Numbered from the stretch's first letter, positions 10,575 to 21,920 are shown. The stretch is DNA of 64,000 nt from Desulfomonilia bacterium (GCA_963664325.2 CAXXDQ010000003.1:800001-864000), one strand, 5' to 3'. The notes: generated by a model not told the origin, from the sequence alone. Made by a program: numbers and translations.

Positions 10575-12245
10575 ATGAAAAAGGACTTTCCCGAAATCGT
10601 TTGCGACGTGCTCATCATAGGGGGGGGAAGCGCGGGCGCCATGGCGGCCATACGCGCCAAGGAGTTGAACCCGTCCCAGGAAGTGGTCGTATTCGAAAAG
10701 GGGGACATCACCTATTCCGGTTGCATCGTGCGCGGAATGGATGCGCTTAATATAGTCGCCGTTCCCGGAATCTCCACGCCCGAACTTTATGTCGAGGCAA
10801 GCCGCATGGCATGCGAGGACATCCTCGACGAGCCACCCAGCTACCTGATGGCAAAGCGGAGCTGGGACATGCTGAAGAAGCTCGAGAGTTGGAACGTGTG
10901 CTTCCCTGTTGACGACAAGGGCCGGTATGAGGTTCTTCAGGTGCACCCGAAGGGACGCTTCTGCGTCACCATGAAGGAACCCGAACTCAAGACCATTCTG
11001 GCAAAGCGTCTTACGGACCTGAAGGTGCGCGTCTTCAACCGCACCATGGCCCTTGAGCTTCTTAAGGATGAGGGCCGCGTTACCGGTGCAGTCGGAACAA
11101 ATGTACGCACCGGCGAGATCATCGTCTGCGCTGCAAAATCAGTCATCCTGACTGCCGGAGGGACGGCCCGGTTCGGCCTTCCCAACAACGGCTATCTCTA
11201 CGGTGTCTACGACTATCCCGGCAACACTGGCGACGGATATTGCCTTGCATACAGGGCCGGTGCTGAACTCAGCGGATTCGAGTACACCCTCATCTACTAT
11301 ATCGTAAAAGATATAAACGCCCCTCTGCTCTACATCACACTCACAAGGGGGGCTAAGCTGTTCAACGCCTTCGGCTTCGACAAGAGCAGGGAGCACCCAT
11401 CGATAAAATCCATGCTCGTGGACCATCACCGCGAAGGCAGCGGCCCGATGCGCATTGTAATGAGCCACCTTCCCGAACAGCGCATCCGTGAGATTGAAGA
11501 GATCCTGTTCACGACAGAGCGGCCCGTTCAGGAGCGGTTCTATGAAGGCCGGGGCGTTAATTTCCGATCAGGAGAGATCGAACTCTGGCCCACCGAATGC
11601 TTCCTTTGCGGAGGCCACGGGCTCACTGGCGTACGCGTTGATGAGAATGCGGCAAGCACGGTTCCCGGCCTGTTCGCTGCAGGCGATACCTCGCTGGTGG
11701 CGCGGGGCCATTTGACAGGCGCCTTCGTATTCGGCGAGATCGCGGCCGAGAGCGCAACCAGATATGCCGAAGGCATCGGCAAGGCGGACTATGACGACGC
11801 ACAGGTGAGAAATGTCATGAAAGACCGTAACAACCGGCTCGAATGCGGGGCCAACCCGATACCGGTCGAGGAGTTCGAATACAAGGTCCGCAGAATCATT
11901 AACGACTACATCGTACCCCCGAAAAACGAGTACAAGCTCGACCGTGCATTGTGGTGGATGGAGCGCTTCAGGCAGGAGCTTAGCGAACAGGTCAGGGTGG
12001 GAAGCATTCACGATCTCTTCAAATCTTATGAGATTGAAAACATCATCCAGTGCGCAGACCTCAGTGCGCGCGCATCGATCACTCGCAAGGAGAGCCGCTG
12101 GGGCATGTGGCATTACAGGACCGATTTTCCAGAGAAAAACGACAGCGACTGGGTAAAGCACATCGTGCTGTCGCAGGGCTTTGAACCCCGCGATGTAAAC
12201 ATCAGCCTTAGAGACATCATAAAAATTCAGGAGAATTCAAAGTGA
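10575..12245 (+). CDS. Fumarate reductase/APS reductase alpha-like flavoprotein (AsfA-like)
   Basis: IIGGGSAG FAD motif, SGCIVRGMDALN, NTGDG, GLFAAGD, C-terminal RKESRWG..HYRTDFPE; AGGAG RBS before ATG 10575. Confidence 0.85.
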   Translation: MKKDFPEIVCDVLIIGGGSAGAMAAIRAKELNPSQEVVVFEKGDITYSGCIVRGMDALNIVAVPGISTPELYVEASRMACEDILDEPPSYLMAKRSWDMLKKLESWNVCFPVDDKGRYEVLQVHPKGRFCVTMKEPELKTILAKRLTDLKVRVFNRTMALELLKDEGRVTGAVGTNVRTGEIIVCAAKSVILTAGGTARFGLPNNGYLYGVYDYPGNTGDGYCLAYRAGAELSGFEYTLIYYIVKDINAPLLYITLTRGAKLFNAFGFDKSREHPSIKSMLVDHHREGSGPMRIVMSHLPEQRIREIEEILFTTERPVQERFYEGRGVNFRSGEIELWPTECFLCGGHGLTGVRVDENAASTVPGLFAAGDTSLVARGHLTGAFVFGEIAAESATRYAEGIGKADYDDAQVRNVMKDRNNRLECGANPIPVEEFEYKVRRIINDYIVPPKNEYKLDRALWWMERFRQELSEQVRVGSIHDLFKSYEIENIIQCADLSARASITRKESRWGMWHYRTDFPEKNDSDWVKHIVLSQGFEPRDVNISLRDIIKIQENSK

Positions 12246-13858
12246 GTGGGATAAACCTGTTGACGGCGCTTACGGACAACATAGTTGTCGATAAGGCAAA
12301 GTGCGTGGCATGCGGCATATGTGTGGAAAAATGTCCTATGGACAACCTCAGACTCAAGCTCTCGCCATGCAGGCAGGCATGCCCCCTGGGCGTCAATTCC
12401 CTGGGATATGTCAGACTGATAGCAATGGGCGAAGAGGAAAAGGCTATGGAACTCGTCCGCGAGAAACTGCCTTTTCCCGGCATCATGGGACGCGTCTGCT
12501 CTCAGCCCTGCGAGAATAAGTGCCATCATGCAAGCGTGGGAAGCAGCAGCTTAGCCGTACGCGCGCTCAAGCGCTACCTCGCCGATAACTTTTCAAAAGA
12601 CCTTAAGACGCCGCTTCCTGATATGGAGCCCTCCTCCGGAAAGGCAGTAGCAATAGTTGGCGCAGGACCCGCCGGTCTTATGGCCGCGTACGACCTGGCA
12701 ATGCGAGGGCACAAGGTGACCGTCTTCGATTCGGAATCCCGTCCCGGTGGCATGTTGCGCTGGGCTATACCCGAATTCAGGCTTCCCGCAGCGGTTCTCG
12801 AAAATGAAATAAACCTGCTTGAACGCATGGGAATCATCTTCAAATGCAGCGAAACCATCGACGGCGACCGCATTGCAACATTGCGGCAAGAATTCGAAGC
12901 GGTCATTATAGCCACGGGTTCGGCAGATCACAAGCAGCTCGGCATCGAGGGAGAGAATCTGCCCGGCGTATATCATGCTCTTCCATTTCTCAAGATGGTG
13001 CGCTCGGGAAATGCACCGGATGTAGGGATGCGTACTGTCGTCATCGGAGGGGGAAATGCCGCAGTGGATGCGGCCCAGACCGCCCTCAGGCTCGGGGCAT
13101 CAGCCGTAACGATGGTATGTCTCGAATCGGAACTGGAGATGCCTGCATTCCCCTGGGCGCTTGAAGGGGCTCGGGATGAAGGCGTGGCTATGGTAAATTC
13201 GCTCGGCCCGGCAAGGTTCCTCTCCGAAAACGGCAGATTAATCGCCGTTGAATTCATCAGATGCATAAGCGTGTTCGACTCATCCGGGGGGTTCAGCCCC
13301 TTGTATGATACATGCCATGTGGAAACCATGAACGCCGATACCGTAATCATCGCGGCCGGTCAAACCCCATCGACGAAGCCTTTCGAAGGGCTCGGCATCA
13401 TCCTGAACGGCAGGATAATGCATGACGCAGAAACTCTAGAAACCGCCGAAGAGGGACTGTTCTGCGCGGGAGACTCGGCAAGCGGCCCCACGTCCGTCGT
13501 CGAGGCAATGGCATCGGGTCGAGTTGCCGCCGAATCGGCCCATAGGTATCTTACCGGCTGTCATATGTTCTATGGCCGCAGTTACAGAGGACCTGTCGAA
13601 ACGGAATTCGAGATCGAGACAGGCAGCGACATCAGGCGCGACAGGATTTCCATTCCGGCACGAAAGTATACGGGCAAAGGCGATTTCTCCGAGATCGAAG
13701 CCTGCCTCGATCAGGAATCAGCCAGGAAAGAGGCCGGACGCTGCTTTTCCTGCGGCCAGGCCTTCGGGGAATACCGCACGTGCTGGTTCTGCCTGCCCTG
13801 CGAGATAGAGTGCCCTCACAAGGCGCTCAGGGTGGAGATCCCATATCTGTTGAGATAA
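12242..13858 (+). CDS. Fe-S flavoprotein: ferredoxin halves flanking a GltD-like NAD(P)H oxidoreductase module
   Basis: N-terminal CVACGICVEKCP; GltD core PCRQACP, GRVCSQPCE, VGAGPAG, IGGGNAA, AGD; C-terminal CWFCLPCEIECP..IPYLLR; GTGA overlap with the flavoprotein gene. Confidence 0.85.
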   Translation: MSGINLLTALTDNIVVDKAKCVACGICVEKCPMDNLRLKLSPCRQACPLGVNSLGYVRLIAMGEEEKAMELVREKLPFPGIMGRVCSQPCENKCHHASVGSSSLAVRALKRYLADNFSKDLKTPLPDMEPSSGKAVAIVGAGPAGLMAAYDLAMRGHKVTVFDSESRPGGMLRWAIPEFRLPAAVLENEINLLERMGIIFKCSETIDGDRIATLRQEFEAVIIATGSADHKQLGIEGENLPGVYHALPFLKMVRSGNAPDVGMRTVVIGGGNAAVDAAQTALRLGASAVTMVCLESELEMPAFPWALEGARDEGVAMVNSLGPARFLSENGRLIAVEFIRCISVFDSSGGFSPLYDTCHVETMNADTVIIAAGQTPSTKPFEGLGIILNGRIMHDAETLETAEEGLFCAGDSASGPTSVVEAMASGRVAAESAHRYLTGCHMFYGRSYRGPVETEFEIETGSDIRRDRISIPARKYTGKGDFSEIEACLDQESARKEAGRCFSCGQAFGEYRTCWFCLPCEIECPHKALRVEIPYLLR

Positions 13859-13909
13859 CGGCATGGCTCAGGCCTGCCTGAATATTAAAAGAACCGACGG
13901 AGGTGACGT

Positions 13910-15148
13910 ATGGAGCTTTATTCTTTCGAGAAATCGTACAGGATGTTCGAGGAGGCGAAAAAGATCGTGCCAAACGGAATCTACGGGCCGAGGAATCCGT
14001 ATTTCCTGACGTTCGGCTCCTACCCGTGCTTTTTTAACAGGGGCAAGGGTTCCCATGTATGGGACGTGGACGGCAACGAATATATAGACTACATGTGCTC
14101 GTTCGGCACCAACCTTCTGGGTATGTGCACTCAGGAGGTGGACGATGCCGCGATGGACCAGATGAAGAGGGGCGACTCCTTTACGCTGCCAACCGACAGG
14201 TGGAACGAGCTTGCATCCCTGCTCGTAAACCAGATTAAAGGCATGGACTGGGCCGCCTTCGGCAAGAACGGGTCCGACGTCACCACGTATGCTGTCACCA
14301 TCGCCCGACAGCAGACAGGCAGAAAAAAAATAATCTCCATTGACGGCGCATATAACGGGGCCCACTTCTGGTGTTCGCACAGCACGAACGGCGTCCCGGA
14401 AGAGTACAGGGCGCATGTGCTCTCCTTCAGATACAATGACCTCGAAGATTTAAAGAGACTCGTGGAAGAGAACAAAGGCGATGTGGCCGGGGTCATTCTC
14501 ACGCCCCATCACCATCCCGCAATGGAAGACCAGGTACTGCCAGCGCCGGGCTTCTACGGCGGCCTCACAGAGTTATGCAGAAAAGAGGGTATCGTCATCA
14601 TCATGGACGACATACGGTGCGGGTTCCGGCTCGATGCAAACGGCTCGCACTGCCATTACGGACTGGAGCCGGATATCATCTGTTTCGGCAAGGCCATGGC
14701 CAACGGCTATCCCATCTCGGCCATCACCGGAAAAGAGTGGGTCAAGTTCGCCGCAGAGTCCACCAATTTCACGGGCACACACTTCTTTTCGGCAGTGCCT
14801 ATGGCGGCATCCATCGCGACGATCAGGATAATCAACCGCGAAGGGGTAATCGAAAAGCTCTACGAAACTGGCCTCAGGCTGAGAGAGGGACTGCTTGCCC
14901 AGGCGAATGCGGCGGGCATCAATGTGCATTACACGGGACATCCCGTAATGCCTTTCATGAGATTCGACAACGACGCCGACTATTCGGTCAACCGTCTGTT
15001 CTGCGGAGAGGCTGCCAGGCGCGGCGTTTTCCTGCATCCGCACCACAACTGGTTCGTATGCAGGGAGCACACGAAGGATGATATCGACAGGACTATCGAT
15101 GTCGCGGGCGAGTGCTTTAAAATAGTGAAAGATCATTTAAACAAATGA
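13910..15148 (+). CDS. Class III PLP aminotransferase (GSA-aminomutase-like)
   Basis: GSHVWDVDGNEYIDY, KNGSD, IMDDIRCGFR, PLP lysine in FGKAMANGYPI. Confidence 0.85.
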   Translation: MELYSFEKSYRMFEEAKKIVPNGIYGPRNPYFLTFGSYPCFFNRGKGSHVWDVDGNEYIDYMCSFGTNLLGMCTQEVDDAAMDQMKRGDSFTLPTDRWNELASLLVNQIKGMDWAAFGKNGSDVTTYAVTIARQQTGRKKIISIDGAYNGAHFWCSHSTNGVPEEYRAHVLSFRYNDLEDLKRLVEENKGDVAGVILTPHHHPAMEDQVLPAPGFYGGLTELCRKEGIVIIMDDIRCGFRLDANGSHCHYGLEPDIICFGKAMANGYPISAITGKEWVKFAAESTNFTGTHFFSAVPMAASIATIRIINREGVIEKLYETGLRLREGLLAQANAAGINVHYTGHPVMPFMRFDNDADYSVNRLFCGEAARRGVFLHPHHNWFVCREHTKDDIDRTIDVAGECFKIVKDHLNK

Positions 15149-15195
15149 CCGGCATCATCTATCAATGATCGCCGATATTTTTCAGGAGGAAAGTC

Positions 15196-16894
15196 ATGAT
15201 GCAGTCCATTGGAAAGGCAGCGGTCCAGACGCTGATAGAATGCGGCGTCGAATATGTATTCGGCATCCCGGGCGGCGGTGCGCTCTTTCTCTATGACGGC
15301 CTTTACGAGCACCAGGGCAGGATAAAGAGCATTACCGTCCGCCATGAAGGTGCGGCTTCATGCATGGCCGACATGTACGGCAGGATGACAGGAAAACCCG
15401 CAGCAGTAGTCGCTCAGGGGGCCTGGGCTGTCTCCAACGCCGCCTTCGGCATTCTCGAGTCATACCTTACGGGTACGCCCATGATCATCATCACAGACAC
15501 CAGCGACTACGGCGGTTTGACGCAGTACGGACCATGGCAGAACGGCACCGGCGAATACGGGTCGTTCAACCTGCCTGAGATGATGCGCTCCATGACCAAG
15601 TACACGACTTTTGCAAACACCCCGGACGAGCTGCTGCACGGCATACGTCTGGCAGTCAAGCATTCGGTTACGGGCAGGCCCGGTCCTGCATGCGTCTGCG
15701 CAAGGATGAACGTCTTCAGCCTGCAGTTCGATACTGAAAAGGCGACTCCTCCGCTTTACCCCGCAGCCGGGCACTTGAATATCATGAAACCATGCATCGA
15801 TGATGAAACAGCAGGCCGGATCGCAGACATGCTGACAAAAGCATCGGCTCCAGTCATCATAGCGGGATCAGGCGTCCACCATTCCAAGGCCCACGATGAG
15901 CTGCGCTTGCTTGCAGAACTGACCGGCATACCCGTGGCGACAAGCTACATGGGAAAAAGCGCCATCGCTGAAACCCATGACCTGGCCCTGGGCACGATGG
16001 GCAGCATCGGGCAGAAGATAGCCAACGAGAAGATCATGGGGGCAGACCTCATATTTGCCGTCGGCACAGGACTCTCCCCGGAAAACACCATGATGCTCTC
16101 CCCGTTTTTCATAAATCCGGCCAAAACAGAAGATCATCCAGATGGATATCGAGCCTCTGAATGCAGGCTGGACTTACCCGGTCGAAATCGGCGCTGTATC
16201 GGACGCCAGTGCTGGCCTTGCCAGAATCATCGAAGCTTTGAAGATAAGAAACTTCGGAAAAGACACCTCAGGCATTATCAATGCGTTGAAAATCAGAAAA
16301 TCGGAAACGGGTTTCTTCACATGCCCGGAGTTCTCGTCGGATGAGTCCCCTATAGCGCCGGAGCGAATCGTGCACGAGGTGAACAAGGTGCTCGACGGCG
16401 ACGCCGTCCTGTGCCTCGACGCAGGTAACAACCGCCAGTGGACGGCACGCCACTTCAAGTCAAAAGGAGCCGGCCAGATTTTCGCGCCGGGCGGCGCCGG
16501 CGGCGTCGGATGGGGACTTCCGGCTGCCCTGACTGCACAGCTTCTCAGGAAAGACTCGAAAGTCGTTTGCATATGCGGTGACGGCGGGATGATGATGATG
16601 CTTCACTGCCTCGAAACGGCAATTGCAGTACGAACTGCCCGTAACATATGTGGTGCTCAACAATGCAGCATTCGGCAACATACTCGACTTTCAGGCGCCT
16701 GGACAGGCGCATCTGCACCCAGTATCCGACGCCGGATATCGAAGCATACGCACGTGCCGCCGGATGTGACGCGTTCAAGATAACAAACCCGAAAGACCTG
16801 GCTGAAGCACTCAAAACCGCCGTCAGCAGCTGCAAGCCGTCGGTTGTTGAGGTGATCACCAAAATCGATGCGCATTTTCAAGCTCATGATGTGA
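15196..16894 (+). CDS. Thiamine-diphosphate enzyme (acetolactate synthase-like), broken by several frameshifts
   Basis: VFGIPGG, VRHEGAA, GRPGP in ORF 15196..16344; ThDP motif GDGG in ORF 16142..16783; C-terminus in a third frame; removing single extra bases (e.g. GCCAAAACAG near 16125) restores the frame; end inferred. Confidence 0.75.
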
Positions 16895-16911
16895 GGAAGG
16901 AGTCCCGGCTT

Positions 16912-18339
16912 ATGGAGCATTACCGGATCTATCTGAATGGAGAATGGGTGGACAGTCAGAAAATAATCCCAGTACGGAATCCGGCCACAGGCGAGGTATT
17001 TGCCGATGTTGCTGCGGTCGGAGGGGACAATGTCCGCAAGGCGATTGAAGATGCCGGTGCTTCGTTCCCGGCATGGTCCGGACTGCCGGCGATTAAACGG
17101 GGCGATTACCTTCTGGCCATTGCCCGGGAAATGACATCGAGAGCGGATAAGATCGCAAGGACCATCACCATGGAAAACGGAAAGCCGCTCGCCCAAAGCA
17201 TGGCCGAGGTCGCCATGACCATAGACCATTTCCGCTGGTTTGCCGAAGAGGGACGCCGCGCATACGGACGCTGGGTACCGAACCAGGCAGACAGCAAGCG
17301 CCACATTGTCATGAAGAACCCCGTAGGTGTAGTCGGCGCAATCTCTCCCTGGAATTTTCCTCTCAATCTGGCTGTGCGAAAAGTGGCCCCGGCCCTTGCA
17401 GCAGGATGTCCGATCATACTGAAGCCGTCCAGCCTTACCCCGTTATCCGCGATAGAACTCGCAGAATGCGTTGATGCGGCGGGTGTTCCCAAGGGTATCT
17501 TTCAGCTTGTCGTGGGCAACTCTTCCGAGATAGCCTCGGAAATGCTGAATAATTCCGTCTGCCGTAAAGTGAGCTTCACGGGCTCAAGCGCAGTGGGCAA
17601 ACTCCTGATTGCAGGTGCTGCAAAGACCTGCACGAGCCTCTCTCTCGAACTTGGCGGAAAACGCGCCTTTGATCGTCTTCGCGGACGCCGATTTCGACAA
17701 GGCCATCGAGGGCGCTCTGATCGTAAAGTTCCGCAACACCGGACAGTCCTGCGTTGCGGCCAACCGCATATACTTACAGCGCCCGATCTACGATAGATTC
17801 ATCAAAGCCTTCTCCGAAAAGGTAAAGGTCATGAAGACCGGTAACGGCCTCGAGCCGGGGGTGGATATAGGACCCCTCATCAATGAGGAAGGCCTTCAAA
17901 CCGCCCTTGAGTTCATAGAAGGACGCCGTATCCAAAGGGGCGCGCCTAGTATGCGGAGGAAATCGCTTGAATGGTCAAGGGACCTTCCTCGAGCCGGCCG
18001 TCCTGGCCGATGTTCCCGATGCTGCCATTTGCATGAGCGAAGAGATCTTCGCGCCGGTTGCCGTCTTTGCCCCGTTCGATACCGAAGATGATGTCCTTGC
18101 AAAGGCGAACTCCACAGAATATGGTCTAGCCGCCTACATATACACGAACGATCTGAACCGCGGACTGAGGATGTCAGAAAAAACTCCAGGCAGGGAGCAT
18201 AGGTCTCAACGATGCCATACCGGCTACCAGCAACTGCCCGTTCGGCGGGTTCAAGCAGAGCGGCTGGGGACGCGAACTCGGCATCGAAGGGCTCGACGCT
18301 TACATGGAAACCAAGCATATATCTATTGGAGGAATTTAA
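16912..18339 (+). CDS. gabD: NAD(P)-dependent aldehyde dehydrogenase (succinate-semialdehyde dehydrogenase-like), frameshifted
   Basis: ISPWNFP, SFTGS, LELGG, GQSCVA, EEIFAP, PFGGFKQSG..YMETK distributed over four reading-frame segments; AAGGAG RBS before ATG 16912. Confidence 0.8.
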
Positions 18340-18399
18340 ACAGAACTGAACCGGCGAGAAAAGCGATGGTACAGATTCGAACATTCTTTAAACCATTTT

Positions 18400-20140
18400 T
18401 TACAAAATCACGACTTGCCGTATTTGAAATTTAAACAAAAGGCCTGCAAAGGAAAACAAATACATTGCAGGCTTTGAAAAGGCTTGGACTAGACGGCGTA
18501 ATTTGCAGGAATACTCTTCGACAATCTTATACTTCTGTATCTTCCCGCTTGCTGTCATGGGATAGGCCTCGACGAACTCCCAGTATTTCGGGATCTTGTG
18601 CCTGGCAATTTTACCGTTGCAGAACTCGACCATCTCTTCAGCCGAGGATTCTTCTCCATCAAGTAGCTGATAACCGCCAGCAGCTGTTCCCCGTATTTCC
18701 TGTCCGGAATTCCCACGACATATACGTCGCTGATCTTGGGGTTCTTATGCAGGAATTCTTCGATTTCGCGGGGATAGATGTTTTCTCCGCCCCTGATTTA
18801 TCATTTCCTTTATCCTTCCGGTAACCTTGAAATAGCCGTTAGCATCAACTTTACCGAGGTCTCCGGTATGAAGCCAGCCGTCCCTGTCTATGGTTTCAAG
18901 TGTCGCCTCATCCATCTTGTAATAGCCCTTCATGACGCAGGCGCTTCTGGTTACTATCTCTCCCTGTATATCGGGACCGGACATCATCTCCTGTAGCAGG
19001 GTCGATGATTTTTCCTTCGATATCTGGCAGAAGTGTTCCGACGGTCGATACCCTGAGCTCGACCGGGTCATTCCTCCTTGTCCATGGTCATGACAGGTGA
19101 ACTTTCCGTCTGGCCGAATGCTATGACGACCTCGGGGCAGTGCATCTTCGTGCGCACGTCGTTCATGACTTCAACAGGGCAGGGTGCGCCTGCCATAATG
19201 CCGGTCCTTAATGAAGGACATGTCATACTTTGAAAAGTCGGCATGGTTCAGCATTGCTATGAACATTGTCGGTACGCCGTTTATCGCCGTACATTTTTCT
19301 CTGTCGATATACTGAAGGGCTTTAAGAGGATCGAAGCTTTCCACAACAACCATTGTCGAACCATGGCTTACGGCATTCAGGGTGCTCATCACGCATCCGA
19401 AGCAGTGGAACAAAGGGGACGTGTATCAGAAGCCCTGTCTTCATGCGTCAAATCAAGAACATTTCCGACCATGATGGCATTGTTCACTACATTGTGGTGA
19501 GTAAGCATTACGCCTTTGGGAAAACCTGTTGTACCGGATGTGTACTGCATGTTTATAACATCATGCGTATCAAGGGTTTGAGCACGCTCCTGAAGTTCCT
19601 TATCGGTTACAGCCTCTCCCATGATGAATAGTTCATCGAACCTGAACATGGCCCGGGAGTGTCATTTCTTCCTCCAACATAGACGACATTTTTTAAATAA
19701 GGCATTTTATCATTTGAGTACCTTCCGCAGCCGGTTTCGCTCAATCCCGGAAGAACCTCATAGGTCATATCGACAAAGCTGGAATCCCTGTAGCCGTCCA
19801 TAAGTACAAGTGTTGTTGAATCCGACTGTTTGAGTATGTATTCAAGCTCACTTGATTTGTAGTTTGTATTGACTGTTACAAGAACAGCCCCGATCATACC
19901 GAGTCCGCACTGCATATAAATCCATTCAGGAAGATTCGTTTGTCCATACGGATACATGATCTCCTTTTTGCTATACCAAGAGCCATGAATCCCTTCGCGA
20001 CACTCACGCACTTTTCTTCGAATTCCTTCCATGTAAGCCTTATCCCTGATTCGGGAAATACAAGTGCTTCTTTATCCCGGATGTCTTAATGCTGTTTCAT
20101 GCAGAATTTTGCCTACTGTGACATTGCGAAAACCACTCAT
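18400..20140 (-). pseudogene. AMP-binding acyl-CoA synthetase, multiply frameshifted (probably sequencing error)
   Basis: Fragments in order: [45 protein letters not shown]; ATG at 20140 after a G-rich RBS; 3' end uncertain. Confidence 0.75.
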
Positions 20141-20205
20141 CTGATCCCCCCCCATTTATAGTTTTATTATTATCTGAAAACCAACCCTTTTTCATTCGCA
20201 TAAAT

Positions 20206-20221
20206 AGCCAGATGCATGCCA
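20206..20221 (-). promoter_or_regulatory. Candidate sigma-54 promoter for the acyl-CoA synthetase
   Basis: Minus strand TGGCATGCATCTGGCT = GG-N10-GC, about 65 bp upstream of the start. Confidence 0.5.
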
Positions 20222-20425
20222 AAATGTTTGTATTTATTGAGAAAATTGATAACCTTCTGATAATTCGGAATATTTATTTAAGCTCTTGTTTGTACATGAT
20301 TATTTTTAAGGTAAACAAACCATAAATATACCAGGAATTTGTGGGGTTGCCAACCATAGCTCCAATTGTAAAGAAATCAACGGTCACTTTTTTAAAAAGG
20401 ATTTTGTTTAAGGGATATTTTAGAC

Positions 20426-20500
20426 TGGAGCGGGAAACGGGATTCGAACCCGCGACTTTAACCTTGGCAAGGTTACACTCTACCACTGAGTTATTCCCGC
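20426..20500 (-). tRNA. tRNA-Gly (GCC)
   Basis: Reverse complement GCGGGAATAACTCAGTGGTAGAGTGTAACCTTGCCAAGGTTAAAGTCGCGGGTTCGAATCCCGTTTCCCGCTCCA: cloverleaf, anticodon GCC, TTCGAAT loop, encoded CCA. Confidence 0.97.
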
Positions 20501-20575
20501 ACCGTGCGCCCCTTTATATGCAAGAGATTGTACCTTGTCAAGATTCTTTGAGATTCTTTGGAAAAAACAGTGACA

Positions 20576-20600
20576 GGGACAGGTTATATAAACCTGTCCC
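20576..20600 (-). terminator. Hairpin downstream of the saccharopine dehydrogenase-like gene
   Basis: GGGACAGGTT-ATATA-AACCTGTCCC perfect 10-bp stem; T-run shortly after on the minus strand. Confidence 0.5.
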
Positions 20601-20608
20601 CGGGATTG

Positions 20609-21718
20609 CTAATAAAGGCCGTCTTCGTAATAGAATATCTCGACGCCTTTTTTCTCGATTTCAGCAAGAAATGCCTCTGGTTTCTCGAGCAGCCTTTCAC
20701 ATGAATATACCCCTCCAGGCATATCATTGAATTTTCCCTCCAGTATCCACAGAGCGCCTGTCACGCACGGAATGGATGTGATCAGACCGATATGACCTAT
20801 ATATGAATAAGTGCGGTGAGCGGTTTTGCCTTTGTCAAAACCATAAACGTCAATTCTGCCGACCGATTTGTCCAGCCCGCCTTTCCCAAAAATACTTTCA
20901 ATCTTGTAAAAGAAGTTGGCAGCCTTTCTCCTGCTTTCGTGAGTATTGAACAGGCCGGTTTTTTCAATGACCATAAGAAGGAGAGGTATGTATGGGGGTT
21001 GAACTCCGCCATGAAGGGTGACTTCTGTCAATCCCTTGAGGTTTCTGGGAATGGAAACGCTTTCGGCGTGTCCGGTATAATATACGGGGAGTTCTCCCAT
21101 CGGGAACGGGAAATGAACAACCTTTCTGCCGTCTCCTGTTTTAACTTTCTGCTCAGTGCTCCTGATTGTCTGCAGTGTTGTACCGTGGAATATGTTGAAA
21201 AGGTGTGTAAGGTTTGCCGGGCCTGCAGCCTCGTTGGAACCTGCTGCCCAGTGTATATTTATACGTTTCGGATTATCCATGGAGTTGTAGCCTTTTCGTG
21301 CAAGCGCCTGTGTTATTCCTGGAGAATTGCCCCAGCCGGTCAGGATCTTAATGCCCTTTTCCTTTGCCTTTGCATCGAGCTCGATTACGTCAAGGTATGC
21401 CTCATAGTCATCTGCTATAGATACATAAGGTTTTCCTGCTTCAAGCGCTGCCTCGGCCAGGGGTTTTTCAAATACATAGAAAGGCCCGACAAAACCCAGT
21501 GATACATCGTGCTTTTTCATGAGCTCAACAACCTGGGCTCTGTTAGTTGCATCCAGTTTTGCCGCCTCGAATCTTGCATCTCTCCTTGCCGCCTCATCCT
21601 TTGCCTTGTCGAGGTTGAGGTCTGCGATTGTGACTTTCGTTACCTTGGTTTCTTTCTGAAGTTCATCAAGGGCATCCCTTGCCATATCGCCTGCGCCGCC
21701 AAGAACAACAACTTTCAT
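20609..21718 (-). CDS. Saccharopine dehydrogenase-family oxidoreductase
   Basis: VVLGGAGDMA Rossmann fold, VGPFY, GWGNSPGIT, GHAES, PGGVY. Confidence 0.8.
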   Translation of the reverse strand: MKVVVLGGAGDMARDALDELQKETKVTKVTIADLNLDKAKDEAARRDARFEAAKLDATNRAQVVELMKKHDVSLGFVGPFYVFEKPLAEAALEAGKPYVSIADDYEAYLDVIELDAKAKEKGIKILTGWGNSPGITQALARKGYNSMDNPKRINIHWAAGSNEAAGPANLTHLFNIFHGTTLQTIRSTEQKVKTGDGRKVVHFPFPMGELPVYYTGHAESVSIPRNLKGLTEVTLHGGVQPPYIPLLLMVIEKTGLFNTHESRRKAANFFYKIESIFGKGGLDKSVGRIDVYGFDKGKTAHRTYSYIGHIGLITSIPCVTGALWILEGKFNDMPGGVYSCERLLEKPEAFLAEIEKKGVEIFYYEDGLY

Positions 21719-21920
21719 AATCTTTACCTCCTCTCCTGATAAGTTATATTTTTCAAGGGGGTAATTTAAACCCAGTTGACAAAACAGGCAAGCAGGATTT
21801 CATGACATAACTTTTTATTCAAATTCAGATATATTGCTTCTTGAGGGCTTATAAAATATATTGGTTATGGGAAATACAGGATCAATTAATCTTGTTGAAA
21901 ATTTTGAAAATGGAGATTTT

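Noticed and set aside
10575-12245. Bona fide dissimilatory APS reductase aprA or sdhA/frdA
   Set aside because: Shorter than typical AprA, no qmo/sat or sdhBC neighbours, and the context is an organic catabolic operon
13910-15148. hemL
   Set aside because: Lacks the usual PGGVNSPVR and NSGTEA motifs, and no tetrapyrrole genes are adjacent
16648-17796. Apparent fusion ORF joining the ThDP enzyme C-terminus to the aldehyde dehydrogenase
   Set aside because: Removing one T near 16876 gives a TGA at 16892-16894, and gabD has its own RBS and ATG at 16912; the fusion is a frameshift artefact
16100-20140. Programmed ribosomal frameshifting or phase variation
   Set aside because: Too many breaks in unrelated genes, runs are only 2-5 nt, and no slippery heptamer plus structure was seen
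20426-20500. tRNA-Gly as integration site of a genomic island
   Set aside because: No integrase in the window, and I saw no duplicate of the tRNA 3' end
20274-20730. ORFs 20274..20486 and 20341..20730
   Set aside because: Shadow translations across the tRNA gene
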